This document shows, one piece after another, positions 31,666 to 32,000 of a stretch of DNA of 32,000 bases. Made by a program: the position numbers and the translations under genes. The number at the start of each line of letters is the position of its first letter. Position 1 is the stretch's first letter. Source of the DNA: Candidatus Karelsulcia muelleri PSPU (GTDB taxonomy: Bacteria; Bacteroidota; Bacteroidia; Flavobacteriales; Blattabacteriaceae); assembly GCF_000829155.1 (NCBI RefSeq), contig NZ_AP013293.1, positions 210,001 to 242,000 of the forward strand, read 5' to 3'. Under the pieces are notes generated by a model. It was not told the origin of the DNA and ran no database searches. It saw only the letters and a program-made list of their open reading frames with translations.

Positions 31666-32000
31666 TTAAGTACATAGATAAAATCTTAAAATATTTTTTC
31701 GTGAAGATTTTTTTAATCTTCTAAGACCATATATTTCTATTTGTCGACAACGTTCTCTAGTTAAATTTAATAAAAATGATATTTCTTCTAAATTAATAGT
31801 AGAACTTTCCAATCCATAATGTAATGTTATTATTTGAGCTTCTTTTTCTGAAAGAGTATCTAATAATCTTTTTATATCTTTTTTAAGAGATTCTTTTTCT
31901 AAATCTAAATCAGTATGAGTATATTCATCATATTTAATGATATCATATAAATTAGAATTTTCTCCTTCTATAATAGGAGCATCTAAAGATGTATGTTTAA
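31666..32000 (-). CDS. rpoD: RNA polymerase sigma-70 factor, 3' part (region 4), truncated by the window end
   Basis: My translation of the minus strand gives ...LDAPIIEGENSNLYDIIKYDEY...LSEKEAQIITLHYGLESSTINLEEISFLLNLTRERCRQIEIYGLRRLKKSSRKNILRFYLCT*. This is a sigma region 4 helix-turn-helix. Not in the ORF track. Confidence 0.88.
   Translation of the reverse strand, partial: KHTSLDAPIIEGENSNLYDIIKYDEYTHTDLDLEKESLKKDIKRLLDTLSEKEAQIITLHYGLESSTINLEEISFLLNLTRERCRQIEIYGLRRLKKSSRKNILRFYLCT

Overview
This 32 kb window is very AT-rich, tightly packed and all housekeeping. It looks like a strongly reduced Bacteroidota (Flavobacteriales-type) insect-endosymbiont chromosome. The lineage call rests on gene content and protein style: DAHP synthase-chorismate mutase fusion, Bacteroidota-type SucA/SucB, DUF3127 protein, START-like protein, sufBCDS, and a GroES-GroEL operon. 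I cannot separate Sulcia, Blattabacterium, Shikimatogenerans or related lineages without a search. Supported content: tRNA-Leu(GAG, partial), START-like gene, tRNA-Met(CAU), a short alaS, sucA, sucB, tatC, smpB, a SufT/MIP18-like gene, a DUF3127 gene, groL/groS, miaB, sufB/C/D/S, infB, aroG-chorismate mutase fusion, pheA, asd, rpsT, tRNA-Glu, aroA, rpsP, tRNA-Gln, greA, gyrB, rsmG, aspC-like, map, rpmF, pdhB, fbaA, nusB and the 3' part of a sigma-70 gene. No mobile element, CRISPR, phage, toxin or defence cassette was seen, and I found no convincing new multi-gene system. The main second-look items are: (1) a perfect 10-bp GC-rich hairpin inside infB; (2) the conserved infB N-terminus out of frame with its best ATG across a 16-A tract; (3) an AlaRS ending after the aminoacylation half; (4) a strong 17-bp hairpin between convergent DUF3127 and groL genes; (5) a degenerate peripheral-subunit-binding domain in SucB; (6) a probable Asp-to-Glu change at a metal ligand of methionine aminopeptidase; (7) a possible unannotated 37-codon membrane peptide upstream of groES.
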